64,000 bases of DNA from an uncultured Gemmatimonadales bacterium (lineage in GTDB: Bacteria; Gemmatimonadota; Gemmatimonadetes; Longimicrobiales; RSA9). The first letter of the stretch is position 1, and every line of letters begins with the position of its first letter. The notes under the pieces were generated by a model. It ran no database searches. It was not told the DNA's origin and worked only from the letters and a program-made list of their open reading frames with translations. The stretch lies in assembly GCA_963741945.1 (NCBI GenBank), contig CAVUKA010000001.1:864001-928000 (forward strand), read 5' to 3'. Position numbers and translations under genes: made by a program. Below, in pieces: positions 40,472-49,343 of this stretch.

Positions 40472-41875
40472 CTACCGCCCGCGCCGGAGCACCCGCTGAT
40501 GGAACGCGTCGGGCATCGACCGGATGTCCAGTGGCTGCGACGTGCTGTAGTGGCAGTAGGAGCAGAGGCCCACGTGCGGCACCGGCCCCATGGCGGGCGG
40601 TGAGGGCGGCGTCCTTCCGGACACGGCGTATGCCTCCTGCGCCCTGGCCACGGCGTTGCGGACGAGACGGTCGCTCAACTCCAGGTTGTGCTCACCGCCC
40701 GCGCGGGCGACCAGGTCCACATCCGCCCGCGCGGTGGCCAGCAGCGCCCGGGCGCTGTCCGGCGGATCCGGCAGCGCCTGCTCGGCTTGCCGCAGATACC
40801 GCTGCGCCGCGCCGAGCCGGGACTCGACGCCGCTCGTCCACCAGCCGAGCACCTGCGTATACTCCTTCTCGTGGCACAGGGCGCACGCCTGCGCCTCGCC
40901 CCGGTACGGACCCACCGAGTCGGCTGCCGTCGGGATGTGACAGGACCGACACGTCACGCCCGCCAGAAACTTCGCGCTGGGCACCACATCCCCTTCCGGA
41001 GAGACGCCCAGGATCAGCTGCTGCTGCGCCGCGTGCACGCCCTGGTGGCACGCCGAGCACACACTGCTCTCCGGCCACTGCCCGGGGCCATTCAGCTTCA
41101 CGCCGTGCTCGGACGTGTGACAATCCGAGCAGATCAGGTCCACTGCCGAGCTCATCGCCGCCACCCGATGCATGTGCTTCTCGTGGCAGGAATTGCAGGT
41201 CACACCACTGTGCAGCGGATGGAGATCACGCCCCACGGCTTTCTGGTTCAGCGCGGCAATGTCGGTATGGCACTCCCGGCAGCGCGCGCTCGCCACGTCC
41301 GTATTCGCCTCCGAGACGTCGTAGTGGCATCGCACGCATCCGATCTCCATCCACGGCAGCTCCGAATGCGACACCACCACGCCCTGGCTGGTGAAGCGGG
41401 AGTGGTTGGGCCGCTGATGGCACACGCGGCAATCCTCCGGGGCGCGGCTGGACACCTGCGACAGATGACAGAGGGTGCACGCATCCACCGACGGCTCCAG
41501 CGGCTCGCCGCCCGCGTCGTGCGTGTGGCACCCCGCGCACGTGGCCTCGACCGGTCCACCCTCGCCGTGGTTCCGGTGGCGGAACTCCACCGTGGCCAAC
41601 CGGACTTCCGGCGGACCGCCGGCTTCGTGGCAGCCGGAAGCCTGGCACGACGATGACGGAACGGTGGCGCGACCCCGCTCCCCTGCCGGGCCCTGGTGGC
41701 ACGCGCGGCATGCGAGGTCCGCGTGCGGATCCGCGCGCTGGGCCGAAGCGGCCGGCGCTGCGGCCACGACCCCCGTGTCGGCGGCGTTCCCTCGCGATGC
41801 CCCCGGCCCGGCCGGCTCGCAGCCGGCCAGGGCGGCAGCCAACGCCAGCATCAGCGTCAGCAGAAGCTTACCCAT
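40472..41875 (-). CDS. Multiheme cytochrome c lipoprotein (12 CxxCH + 1 CxxxxCH)
   Basis: Start MGKLLL with lipobox LAGC; motifs counted by hand. Confidence 0.9.
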   Translation of the reverse strand: MGKLLLTLMLALAAALAGCEPAGPGASRGNAADTGVVAAAPAASAQRADPHADLACRACHQGPAGERGRATVPSSSCQASGCHEAGGPPEVRLATVEFRHRNHGEGGPVEATCAGCHTHDAGGEPLEPSVDACTLCHLSQVSSRAPEDCRVCHQRPNHSRFTSQGVVVSHSELPWMEIGCVRCHYDVSEANTDVASARCRECHTDIAALNQKAVGRDLHPLHSGVTCNSCHEKHMHRVAAMSSAVDLICSDCHTSEHGVKLNGPGQWPESSVCSACHQGVHAAQQQLILGVSPEGDVVPSAKFLAGVTCRSCHIPTAADSVGPYRGEAQACALCHEKEYTQVLGWWTSGVESRLGAAQRYLRQAEQALPDPPDSARALLATARADVDLVARAGGEHNLELSDRLVRNAVARAQEAYAVSGRTPPSPPAMGPVPHVGLCSYCHYSTSQPLDIRSMPDAFHQRVLRRGR

Positions 41876-43905
41876 GTCATCATCCCGATCAGCAAGAGAC
41901 CCAGTCCGAGAGCGAGGAACCCGAGGATGGCGGCCACCAGCGTCTGCCGCCGGTTCGGCGGCGGCGCGGGGGCATCCTGCTCCTGGTCCGCCGTCATCGC
42001 TCCGGCGCTGCGCGCCTCGATGTGGCCCAGGATGCGCGGGTGCTCCTCCTCCATGTACTCCACCGTCGCGCGGCCCGTGAACATCACCGCATCCAGGGGG
42101 AACTTCTCCGGCCGCAAGTGGACGTTGAAGAAGTGGATGGTGAAGATGAACAGGGTGGCGAGCATGGCCTCGTCGCCGTGCACCACCGTGGCCACGTTGA
42201 AGAACCAGCCGGGGACGAACCCGGCGAACAGCTCCGGCAACCAGAGCATGAGCCCCGTGCCGCCGATGATCGCCACGCCCCAGAACACGGCGAAGTAGTC
42301 GAACTTCTCCATGTAGCTGTAGCGCGCGAACCTGGGCCGCGGTCCCAGCCCCAGGAACCAGCGGAACTGGTTCGTGAAGTCCGTGATGTCCTGCGGGTGC
42401 GGCACGATCGAGTCGGGACCCCACAGTAGCCGGCGCCGATCCGGTGCCCGGATCAGTGCGCGGATCAGGTAGAACAGGTGCGCGGCGAAATAGCCGAACG
42501 TGATCGTCGCGCCGACGCGGTGCAGCAGCCCGGCCATGTGCACGCCGCCGAACAGGTGCATCAGGCCCGCGGACCACGGCGCGCAGCTGAAGCGCAGTGG
42601 CATCCCGGTGAACACGAGCAGGAAGAAGGAGATGATCACCGCGGCGTGCGTCAGCCGGTGGTACAGCCGGAATCGCCACACGTAGCGCCCCCGCCCGCGC
42701 TGCGCCGCATCGAGCGCCACATCCCGGTTCGGCAGGCGGTATCCGTGACCGCTCTTCCCCCGCGCCGTGTCAATGGCGATGCGCAGGAGCCAGAGCAGCG
42801 TGTGCAGCCCGAACATGGCCATGGTCCCGACCAGGAGCCACGTCATGAACTTGTACGCCCAGTACAGCAGCGGATTGCGGCTCTTCTCGTGCGGATTCGC
42901 GTGCGGGTCGAATTTCGCGAACGACGCCGTCGCATCCGGGTGACACGTCCTGCACGTGGACACCAGGTTCCCGGGCGCCACCGTCGACTGCGGATTGTCC
43001 GCGCCGTGAATCTGATGCGCGCCGTGACAGTCGGCGCAGGTGGCCGTGGCGGTCGAGCCCAGCGTCGTCGCCTGCCCATGGTATGAGTCCGCGAACGACT
43101 CCGCGTACTCCTCGTGGCAGCGCGCGCACGCCTGGACGGTCAGCTCCGCCGCGTGCGGCCCTGACGGACCCGCCGTCGGGTGGGCGCCATGGCACGCCGT
43201 GCACGTGGGCACCTCGACGTTGCTCAGCTCCACCCCGCCGCCGGCGGTCGCCGCCTTCAGCGCCAGCCCATGGACGTCAGTCTGCCACGCGCTCGCGATG
43301 GAGTCGTGGCACGCACCGCACGTACGCGGCTGCGACGCCGGGCTCAGCCTCGACTCGGGACGGTCCGGCGGCATCGCCGCGTGCGGCGCATGGCAGGCGT
43401 AGCAGGGCGCTTCGCCCGCGTGTGGATCATCATCGCCCAGGCGCTGCGTCTCGTGGCAGGCGATGCACCGGTCGACCATTGCTGGCATGGCGTCACCGCC
43501 CATCTCCAGTGCGGCCGGCCGCGCCACCTGGTGCGTGGTGTGGCACTGCCTGCAGTCCACGCCCGTCCGCCCGTCGCCGGCTGCATGCGCCCCCTCCCGC
43601 CACGTCGAAGCCACGTCCTCGTGACACGAGGCGCATGTCTGCGACGCCGCCTCCGCCGGGTGCGGGAACCGGTCGAACCCCGTGTGGCACCGCGAGCACG
43701 AGAACCCGGCGTGGGCGGTGCCGTCCAGCAGCGAGTCCGGGACGAGGAGCGCCCGCGCATCAGCGAGACTGCGCGTGTGCTGTCTCAGCAGCTCCAGCTC
43801 ACCGTGGCACTGGGTGCACGTAAGCGCCTGCTGCGCGGAGCCGGGCGACGCCCAGAGGGCCGCGGCCACCAGCACCGACAGCCCCATCGCGAGTCGGTGT
43901 CTCAT
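41857..43905 (-). CDS. 11-heme cytochrome c fused to an FdnI/HydC-type cytochrome b (CbcL-like)
   Basis: Signal peptide, 11 CxxCH, then TM domain with HRLTH, LHRVGA, YSYMEKFDY, VHGDEA, IHFFNVH. Confidence 0.88.
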   Translation of the reverse strand: MRHRLAMGLSVLVAAALWASPGSAQQALTCTQCHGELELLRQHTRSLADARALLVPDSLLDGTAHAGFSCSRCHTGFDRFPHPAEAASQTCASCHEDVASTWREGAHAAGDGRTGVDCRQCHTTHQVARPAALEMGGDAMPAMVDRCIACHETQRLGDDDPHAGEAPCYACHAPHAAMPPDRPESRLSPASQPRTCGACHDSIASAWQTDVHGLALKAATAGGGVELSNVEVPTCTACHGAHPTAGPSGPHAAELTVQACARCHEEYAESFADSYHGQATTLGSTATATCADCHGAHQIHGADNPQSTVAPGNLVSTCRTCHPDATASFAKFDPHANPHEKSRNPLLYWAYKFMTWLLVGTMAMFGLHTLLWLLRIAIDTARGKSGHGYRLPNRDVALDAAQRGRGRYVWRFRLYHRLTHAAVIISFFLLVFTGMPLRFSCAPWSAGLMHLFGGVHMAGLLHRVGATITFGYFAAHLFYLIRALIRAPDRRRLLWGPDSIVPHPQDITDFTNQFRWFLGLGPRPRFARYSYMEKFDYFAVFWGVAIIGGTGLMLWLPELFAGFVPGWFFNVATVVHGDEAMLATLFIFTIHFFNVHLRPEKFPLDAVMFTGRATVEYMEEEHPRILGHIEARSAGAMTADQEQDAPAPPPNRRQTLVAAILGFLALGLGLLLIGMMTWVSFC

Positions 43906-45254
43906 TCGTCCATTCCGTATTTCTTCAGTCGATTCCGAACCTGGTGACGACTCATCCCGAGAAGCCGCCCCGCTTCCGTCTTGTTCCCTTCCGCACGGCG
44001 GAGCGCCTTGGTCAGAAGCTCCTTTTCCAGCTCTTCCACATCGAGACCCTCCGGCCCCAGATCCAGCGCCCCCCGGCCCCGCCGCCCTTCACCACGCACC
44101 TCCGGTGGCAGCATCTCCGGCTTCAGCACCGACCCATCGGCCAGGAGGACCGTGCGCTCGATCACATTCCGCAGCTCACGCACGTTGCCGGGCCAGCGGT
44201 AGCCCTTCAGCAGCTCCATCGCCTCCGGGGAGACGTCCCGGATCTTCCGGCCCAGCTGGCGGTTGAACTCCTCTATGAACGTCAGGACGAGGGCCGGGAT
44301 GTCCGAAGTACGCTCCCGGAGCAGAGGCAGCCGGATCGGAAAGACGCGGAGCCGGTAGTACAGGTCCTCCCGGAACTCCTCTTTCTCCACTTCCGCCGCC
44401 AGGTCGCGATTCGTGGCGGCGATGAGGCGCGCGTCCACCACCAGGTCCTTGGTCCCGCCCACTCGCCGGAACCGCTTCTCCTCGATGAAGCGCAGCAGCT
44501 TCCCCTGGAGCCGGAGCCCCAGCTCTCCGATCTCATCCAGGAACAGCGTGCCGCCATCCGCCAGCTCCACCAGCCCCCGCTTCATCGTGCGGGCGTCCGT
44601 GAAGGCTCCCTTCTCGTGACCGAACAGCTCCGACTCCATGACCGTTTCCGCCAGCGCGGAGCAGGTCACGTTGATGAAGGGACCGTCGGAGCGCGGACTC
44701 GAATGATGGATCGCCTGCGCCAGCATCCCCTTCCCCGTCCCCGTCTCCCCTTCCAGCAGCACAGTGGTCCCCTCCGCCGGCGCGACCCGCTTCACCAGGT
44801 CGAACACTTCCCGCATCGCCGGGCTGCTCCCCACCACGTCCTCGCCCAGCCCTGCCTGCTCCCGCAGCGCCCGCACCTCCCGCTGCAGCCGCGTACGCTC
44901 CAGGGCGCCGCTGATCGTCGCGCTCAGACGGTCGAAGGAGAACGGCTTCTCCAGGTAGTCCACCGCCCCCGCGCGCAGCGCCCGCACGGCCGATTGCACC
45001 GTGCCGTGCGCCGTCATCACTACGCACACCGTCTCGCCCGTGGCCACCAGATCCTCGAGGAGACCGGTGCTCTCGCCGTCCGGCAGCTTGATGTCCAGCA
45101 GCGCCAGGTCGGGCGTGTGCTTCTCCAGCATCGGCCCCACTTCCGCCAGCCTGGACGCCGTCACCACGGCGTACCCCTCCCGCTCCAGCCGCTCCGCCGT
45201 CACCTGCCGGAGCAGATCGTCATCCTCCAGGATCAGGATTCGCGCGTTGGCCAC
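43902..45254 (-). CDS. Sigma54-dependent response regulator (NtrC family)
   Basis: REC domain, GETGTGKG, ESELFGHEKGAFTDA, WPGNVREL, Fis-type HTH. Confidence 0.93.
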   Translation of the reverse strand: MANARILILEDDDLLRQVTAERLEREGYAVVTASRLAEVGPMLEKHTPDLALLDIKLPDGESTGLLEDLVATGETVCVVMTAHGTVQSAVRALRAGAVDYLEKPFSFDRLSATISGALERTRLQREVRALREQAGLGEDVVGSSPAMREVFDLVKRVAPAEGTTVLLEGETGTGKGMLAQAIHHSSPRSDGPFINVTCSALAETVMESELFGHEKGAFTDARTMKRGLVELADGGTLFLDEIGELGLRLQGKLLRFIEEKRFRRVGGTKDLVVDARLIAATNRDLAAEVEKEEFREDLYYRLRVFPIRLPLLRERTSDIPALVLTFIEEFNRQLGRKIRDVSPEAMELLKGYRWPGNVRELRNVIERTVLLADGSVLKPEMLPPEVRGEGRRGRGALDLGPEGLDVEELEKELLTKALRRAEGNKTEAGRLLGMSRHQVRNRLKKYGMDE

Positions 45255-46720
45255 TGGTCCCCTCCCCCGGCTCGGGCGATGCCGCTGGCGACGTCCGTCG
45301 CCTCCTCCCTGGCGCTCCCCACTGCCGGCAGCGTGATGCGTACGGTCGTGCCCTTCCCCTGCGCGCTCTCGATCTCCAGTGTCCCCTCGTGCGCGGCCAC
45401 CACCCGGGCCACCAGCGGAAGCCCCAGACCCGTCCCGCCGGGCTTCGTCGAGTAGAACGGCAGAATCACTTTCTCCGTCTCCTCCGCCGCGATCCCCGGC
45501 CCGGTGTCCCGGACCTCGATCGCCGCACGCCCACCCTCCGGCCGCACCACCACCGTGAGAACGCCGCCCGACTCCATCGCTTCCATCGCGTTCAGGAGCA
45601 GGTTGAGGACTGCCTGCTCCAGACGATGCTGGTCACCGCGCACCCGCGGTGTGGCCGGGTCGTATTGCCGGTCCACCCGTCGCCCCGACGTGTCCGTCAG
45701 CCCCGCCAGCTGCACCATCGCGCTGTCCACGGCTTCCGCCACCTCGTACTCGTCGGTCAACAGCTCCATCGGCTTCGCCAGCGTGAACAGGTCCTGCATC
45801 GTCTCCGCCAGCTTCTCCAGCTGCGCGTCCACCGCGCCCAGGAGCGTTTGCGCCTGGTCGTTCAGCTCGTACTCCTGCTCCAGCAGACCGACCGCCGACC
45901 GGATCGACGCCAGCGGACGCTTGAACTCGTGCGCCATCTCCGCCGCCATCTCGCCCACCTGCGCGAACCCCGCCTGGCTGGCCAGACGCTCCTCCTGCTC
46001 CGCCGCCTTCGCAGCCGATTCCCGCTCCTTGCGCACCAGGTCCACCACCGACGCCTCGATCCGATCCAGCTCCGCCGAACCCAGTCCCGGCTCCGACGAC
46101 AGGATCCCCGCCACCCGCTCCATCGGCGTCATCACCTCCCGCTCCAGCATCGTCGCCACGATCAGGATCACCGCCGCAACACTCCCGATCAGCAGCAGCA
46201 GCCCGAGCTTCGCCGCCCGGTCCATCGCCGCCTCCAGGGGCGCCAGCGAGAAGTCCACCTCCAGCACCGCCGCACCCCCCGACTTGATCGGAAGAAACGC
46301 GTTCACCGCGTCCCCCGACTGCGTCCGCCGCGCCGTGCCACGCGCCGGTAGCTCCACCGGCGACGGCACCCACACCCCCGGCCGCTTCGTTCCCTCCTCC
46401 AGCACGTCCGTCGATACCAGCACCGTCCCCGACGTCCCGTAGACCCGCGCCGCCGTGATCGATTCCAGCTGCGCCAGCTCCCGCAACGCCGACCGCGCCC
46501 GCGTCGGCTCCCCCGCCGACATCGCCGCCTCCACCGCCGAACGCACCGAAGCCCCGGCCAGCAGCGCCTGCTGCTCTGCCGCGGCCTCCGACTGCTCGCG
46601 CCAGTACCGGAACGTCAGCGGTGACCCGGCGCCGAACACCACCACCGCCGTTCCCACCGTCGTCAGCACCAGCTTGGTCCGCAGCGGCTGCCTCCGCAGT
46701 CGCTCGATCCACCGAATCAC
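45233..46720 (-). CDS. Membrane sensor histidine kinase (NtrB-like)
   Basis: Two TMs flanking a periplasmic domain; AHEFKRPL, NLLLNA, DTGPGI, GTGLGL; start uncertain. Confidence 0.88.
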   Translation of the reverse strand: MIRWIERLRRQPLRTKLVLTTVGTAVVVFGAGSPLTFRYWREQSEAAAEQQALLAGASVRSAVEAAMSAGEPTRARSALRELAQLESITAARVYGTSGTVLVSTDVLEEGTKRPGVWVPSPVELPARGTARRTQSGDAVNAFLPIKSGGAAVLEVDFSLAPLEAAMDRAAKLGLLLLIGSVAAVILIVATMLEREVMTPMERVAGILSSEPGLGSAELDRIEASVVDLVRKERESAAKAAEQEERLASQAGFAQVGEMAAEMAHEFKRPLASIRSAVGLLEQEYELNDQAQTLLGAVDAQLEKLAETMQDLFTLAKPMELLTDEYEVAEAVDSAMVQLAGLTDTSGRRVDRQYDPATPRVRGDQHRLEQAVLNLLLNAMEAMESGGVLTVVVRPEGGRAAIEVRDTGPGIAAEETEKVILPFYSTKPGGTGLGLPLVARVVAAHEGTLEIESAQGKGTTVRITLPAVGSAREEATDVASGIARAGGGDQWPTRES

Positions 46721-46861
46721 CCGACCTCCGACGCCCGTGTCCTTGCGCGCGACTTCGCGCAATGTGTCGCCTGTAACCTGCGCGGTTCCGCGCACTCCGG
46801 TAGGGGGCAAACTACGCGGAAAATCGCGGGGGATTCCCCGACACTACCACGGCCACGACGC

Positions 46862-46896
46862 CGGGACGGCCGGCCCGTGAGGGTCCGGCCGTCCCG
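46862..46896. terminator. Strong GC hairpin
   Basis: CGGGACGGCCGG...CCGGCCGTCCCG downstream of the 46934 gene; no U tract. Confidence 0.5.
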
Positions 46897-46933
46897 CATC
46901 TGGTCGGCATCGACTGCGACGCTGCAGGCACGC

Positions 46934-48103
46934 TCAGCCGATGATCAGGAGCGCGGCGAGGGCGGTGGCATGGGCCACGAGCGCGGAGCCGAAACCGCGT
47001 CGCCAGAAGAGGAATCCGAAGGCGAGGGCGGGCACGGCCACCGTCGCCAGGACGAAGCCGGCGGTCATGGAAGCGCTCGGGAACCCGATCGCCATCACGC
47101 CGGGCAGGTAGATCAGGACCTGGGCGAGGGCACCGACGCCCACGGCCAGGGCGGCCGCGCGGCCGCCGCTCATGTGGAGCTCGCGGAGGAGCAGCCAGGT
47201 GACGGCCGTGACCAGGAAGAGCCGCAGCAGGACCTCGTCCAGGAGCGCGGTGGTCAGCACGCCGGAGAGGCTGCTGGCCGGGAGCACATAGGCGCCCTGG
47301 TAGAAGGGAAGCGCGATCAGTGCCATGCCCACGCCCACCAGGACGGCCACTGCGATGCTCACGGCCGCGCTCCGCGTGCCACCGAACGCCACGCTGGGGG
47401 CCTGCACGGGCAGCCGCTCCAGCAGGATCAGCGACACCGTGACCAGCGGACCCGCCAGCCACAGCGTTGCGGTCACCGCCAGCAGCACCGCGCCCACCGG
47501 CGTCACGCGCAGGTGCACGCCCCAGAGCTCAGGCCGCTCCGCCAGGAACAGCGCCAGCAGGCCACCGAACAGCGCCGCAACGATCAGCGTGCCGGCCCGC
47601 GCGTTCGACCATGAGGCGTATGCACCCCGGATCCCGGTCCACCCCTGCTCGATCCCCAGCACCACCATCCCGATCCCGACCAGCCACGCCACCCCACACC
47701 CGATCAGCGGGGCCATCTTCCCCGTGTACAACGCGACTGACGTCATCCCGATCCACCCCGCCAGCAGCCACGACACCAGGAGCGCCGGAACCGCGTACAC
47801 CGCAGCTAGCCCAAGCTGCCCCAGTGCCGCACGCCGATTCACGCCCTCCGGGCGGCCCATCCATCCCAGCACCGCCCCGTGCGCGAACCCGAGCCCCGCA
47901 CCCACCACGAACAGACCGCTGCACGTCAGAAGCAGCGCATGCCCGCTCAGCTTCCCTGCCAGCGTCATCGCCGCCACCAGGAAGCCACCCGTCAGCACGC
48001 CCCCCGCCGCCGCCCAGCTCACCGCTATTTTGCCAACCGGACCGATGCCCCGCCCCAGCGGGCTCGCTCCCTGGCTCGTGCCTTCCATCGTCGTCGTCGT
48101 CAT
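46934..48103 (-). CDS. Polytopic membrane protein with degenerate CPBP/Abi-like C-terminus
   Basis: About 10 hydrophobic segments; LDEVLLR and GFGSALVAH; GGAGG RBS. Confidence 0.7.
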   Translation of the reverse strand: MTTTTMEGTSQGASPLGRGIGPVGKIAVSWAAAGGVLTGGFLVAAMTLAGKLSGHALLLTCSGLFVVGAGLGFAHGAVLGWMGRPEGVNRRAALGQLGLAAVYAVPALLVSWLLAGWIGMTSVALYTGKMAPLIGCGVAWLVGIGMVVLGIEQGWTGIRGAYASWSNARAGTLIVAALFGGLLALFLAERPELWGVHLRVTPVGAVLLAVTATLWLAGPLVTVSLILLERLPVQAPSVAFGGTRSAAVSIAVAVLVGVGMALIALPFYQGAYVLPASSLSGVLTTALLDEVLLRLFLVTAVTWLLLRELHMSGGRAAALAVGVGALAQVLIYLPGVMAIGFPSASMTAGFVLATVAVPALAFGFLFWRRGFGSALVAHATALAALLIIG

Positions 48104-48160
48104 CCTCGCCTCCCAGATCGAGGCCCGGTGCTCCGGGCCGTTGCTTCCGACCTTTCCTAA

Positions 48161-48176
48161 GTCAAGTCCGGGACCA
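48161..48176 (-). promoter_or_regulatory. Possible variant sigma54 promoter
   Basis: Minus strand TGGTCCCGGACTTGAC (GG-N10-GA). Confidence 0.35.
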
Positions 48177-48264
48177 CTCCGGATTTGGACGACGTATTTC
48201 CTTTGCTACCAATGGCTTATGGCATTTCGTGCCGGGATCGTCCAGGGTCGGTGCGAGCCCGGAT

Positions 48265-48304
48265 CGCGCGATATCGCGCGGTTCGGCGCGCGTTAACGCG
48301 CGCC
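48265..48304. promoter_or_regulatory. Two tandem perfect palindromes, candidate activator sites
   Basis: CGCGCGATATCGCGCG (48265-48280) and GGCGCGCGTTAACGCGCGCC (48285-48304); centres 22 bp apart. Confidence 0.55.
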
Positions 48305-48477
48305 CGTTCGACACCGATGGGCGGTCCGACGTGGGTGGGTCGCGCGGTGCGGGACGGCGCGCGCGGCCTGGATATGGAAGGGGGGACGTTCGATGCTTCC
48401 CGACCACACGGTCGGGGCGCCAGGGAGCGCAGGCCCGGTCGGTGGCCCGGGTGCGCGCCCTGGACGGGCTCAGCGGC

Positions 48478-48969
48478 TCACGGACTCGTTTCGAGCGGTC
48501 CGGGGAGCCTGGTGCTGTCGGAGAGGATCTCGGGGCGGAGCTGATGCAGGATGTAGAAGGCGGCCGCATCGACTTGGCGGGGGGTGAGGCGCGAGATGCC
48601 CCAGCCCGGCATTCCGCCTCTGTGCCCGGTGAAGATCACGCGGCGCAGCTCCGCGATGCTGTCGAACCGGAACCCGGGGTCCACCAGAGACGGGGGGTGG
48701 AGGTCATACTCGCGGTCATAGTCGGTGTCGCCCCGGCCGACGGGGCCGTGGCAGCGGCGACATATCTGCGCGAAGACCATGTTGCCGGCGTCCACGCGCT
48801 GGCGGTCGGATGCCCATTCGAGAGTGTCGAACATCGCCGGCGTGTATGCGCTGTCGGCGGCCTCGATGCGGGACTCTTCGGAGGGCGGCGAGAACTTGTG
48901 GTCTCCGCACGCGGAGAGCACGAGCGTCGCGGCGAGGGCGATGGAGAGGAGGGCTGACGAGCGGATCAT
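48478..48969 (-). CDS. Monoheme cytochrome c lipoprotein
   Basis: Lipobox LSAC; CRRCH; distal GMPGW Met ligand. Confidence 0.85.
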   Translation of the reverse strand: MIRSSALLSIALAATLVLSACGDHKFSPPSEESRIEAADSAYTPAMFDTLEWASDRQRVDAGNMVFAQICRRCHGPVGRGDTDYDREYDLHPPSLVDPGFRFDSIAELRRVIFTGHRGGMPGWGISRLTPRQVDAAAFYILHQLRPEILSDSTRLPGPLETSP

Positions 48970-49343
48970 CGCTCCGGCGACCGATCGGGATGGATCAGGC
49001 TTGCGCCGGGCGCCAGCTGCTGGGCCACGCTCATGGCGGAGTCGGCGCCGGCGGTGTTGCCGAGCGCGAGCTCGGCCATGTAGATGCCGAACCAGGCGGC
49101 AGCGAGGTCGGGCTGAAGCTCGACGGCCTGCCGGTACTGCGCGAGCGCGGCCTCGTAGTTGTTGGCGCGGTACGCGGCATTGCCGCTGTCCAGGGCGGCC
49201 GACACACCAGCAGGCAGGTTCGCGCGCTCGCTCTTCACCTCTTCGGCGCTGATGCTCCCGGTCTCCTGGTCGTCCGCGGAACCGCCGCACGCGCTGAGCG
49301 TGAGAACGGCGAGAAAGCCGATGCAGGCGACGCTGCGCTTCAT
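48966..49343 (-). CDS. TPR-containing lipoprotein
   Basis: MKRS..LSACG lipobox; GNAAYRANNYEAALAQYRQAVELQPD; RBS and ATGA overlaps. Confidence 0.8.
   Translation of the reverse strand: MKRSVACIGFLAVLTLSACGGSADDQETGSISAEEVKSERANLPAGVSAALDSGNAAYRANNYEAALAQYRQAVELQPDLAAAWFGIYMAELALGNTAGADSAMSVAQQLAPGASLIHPDRSPER

Noticed and set aside
46757-46773. Sigma54 promoter for the kinase
   Set aside because: GG-to-GC spacing is 9 nt rather than 10
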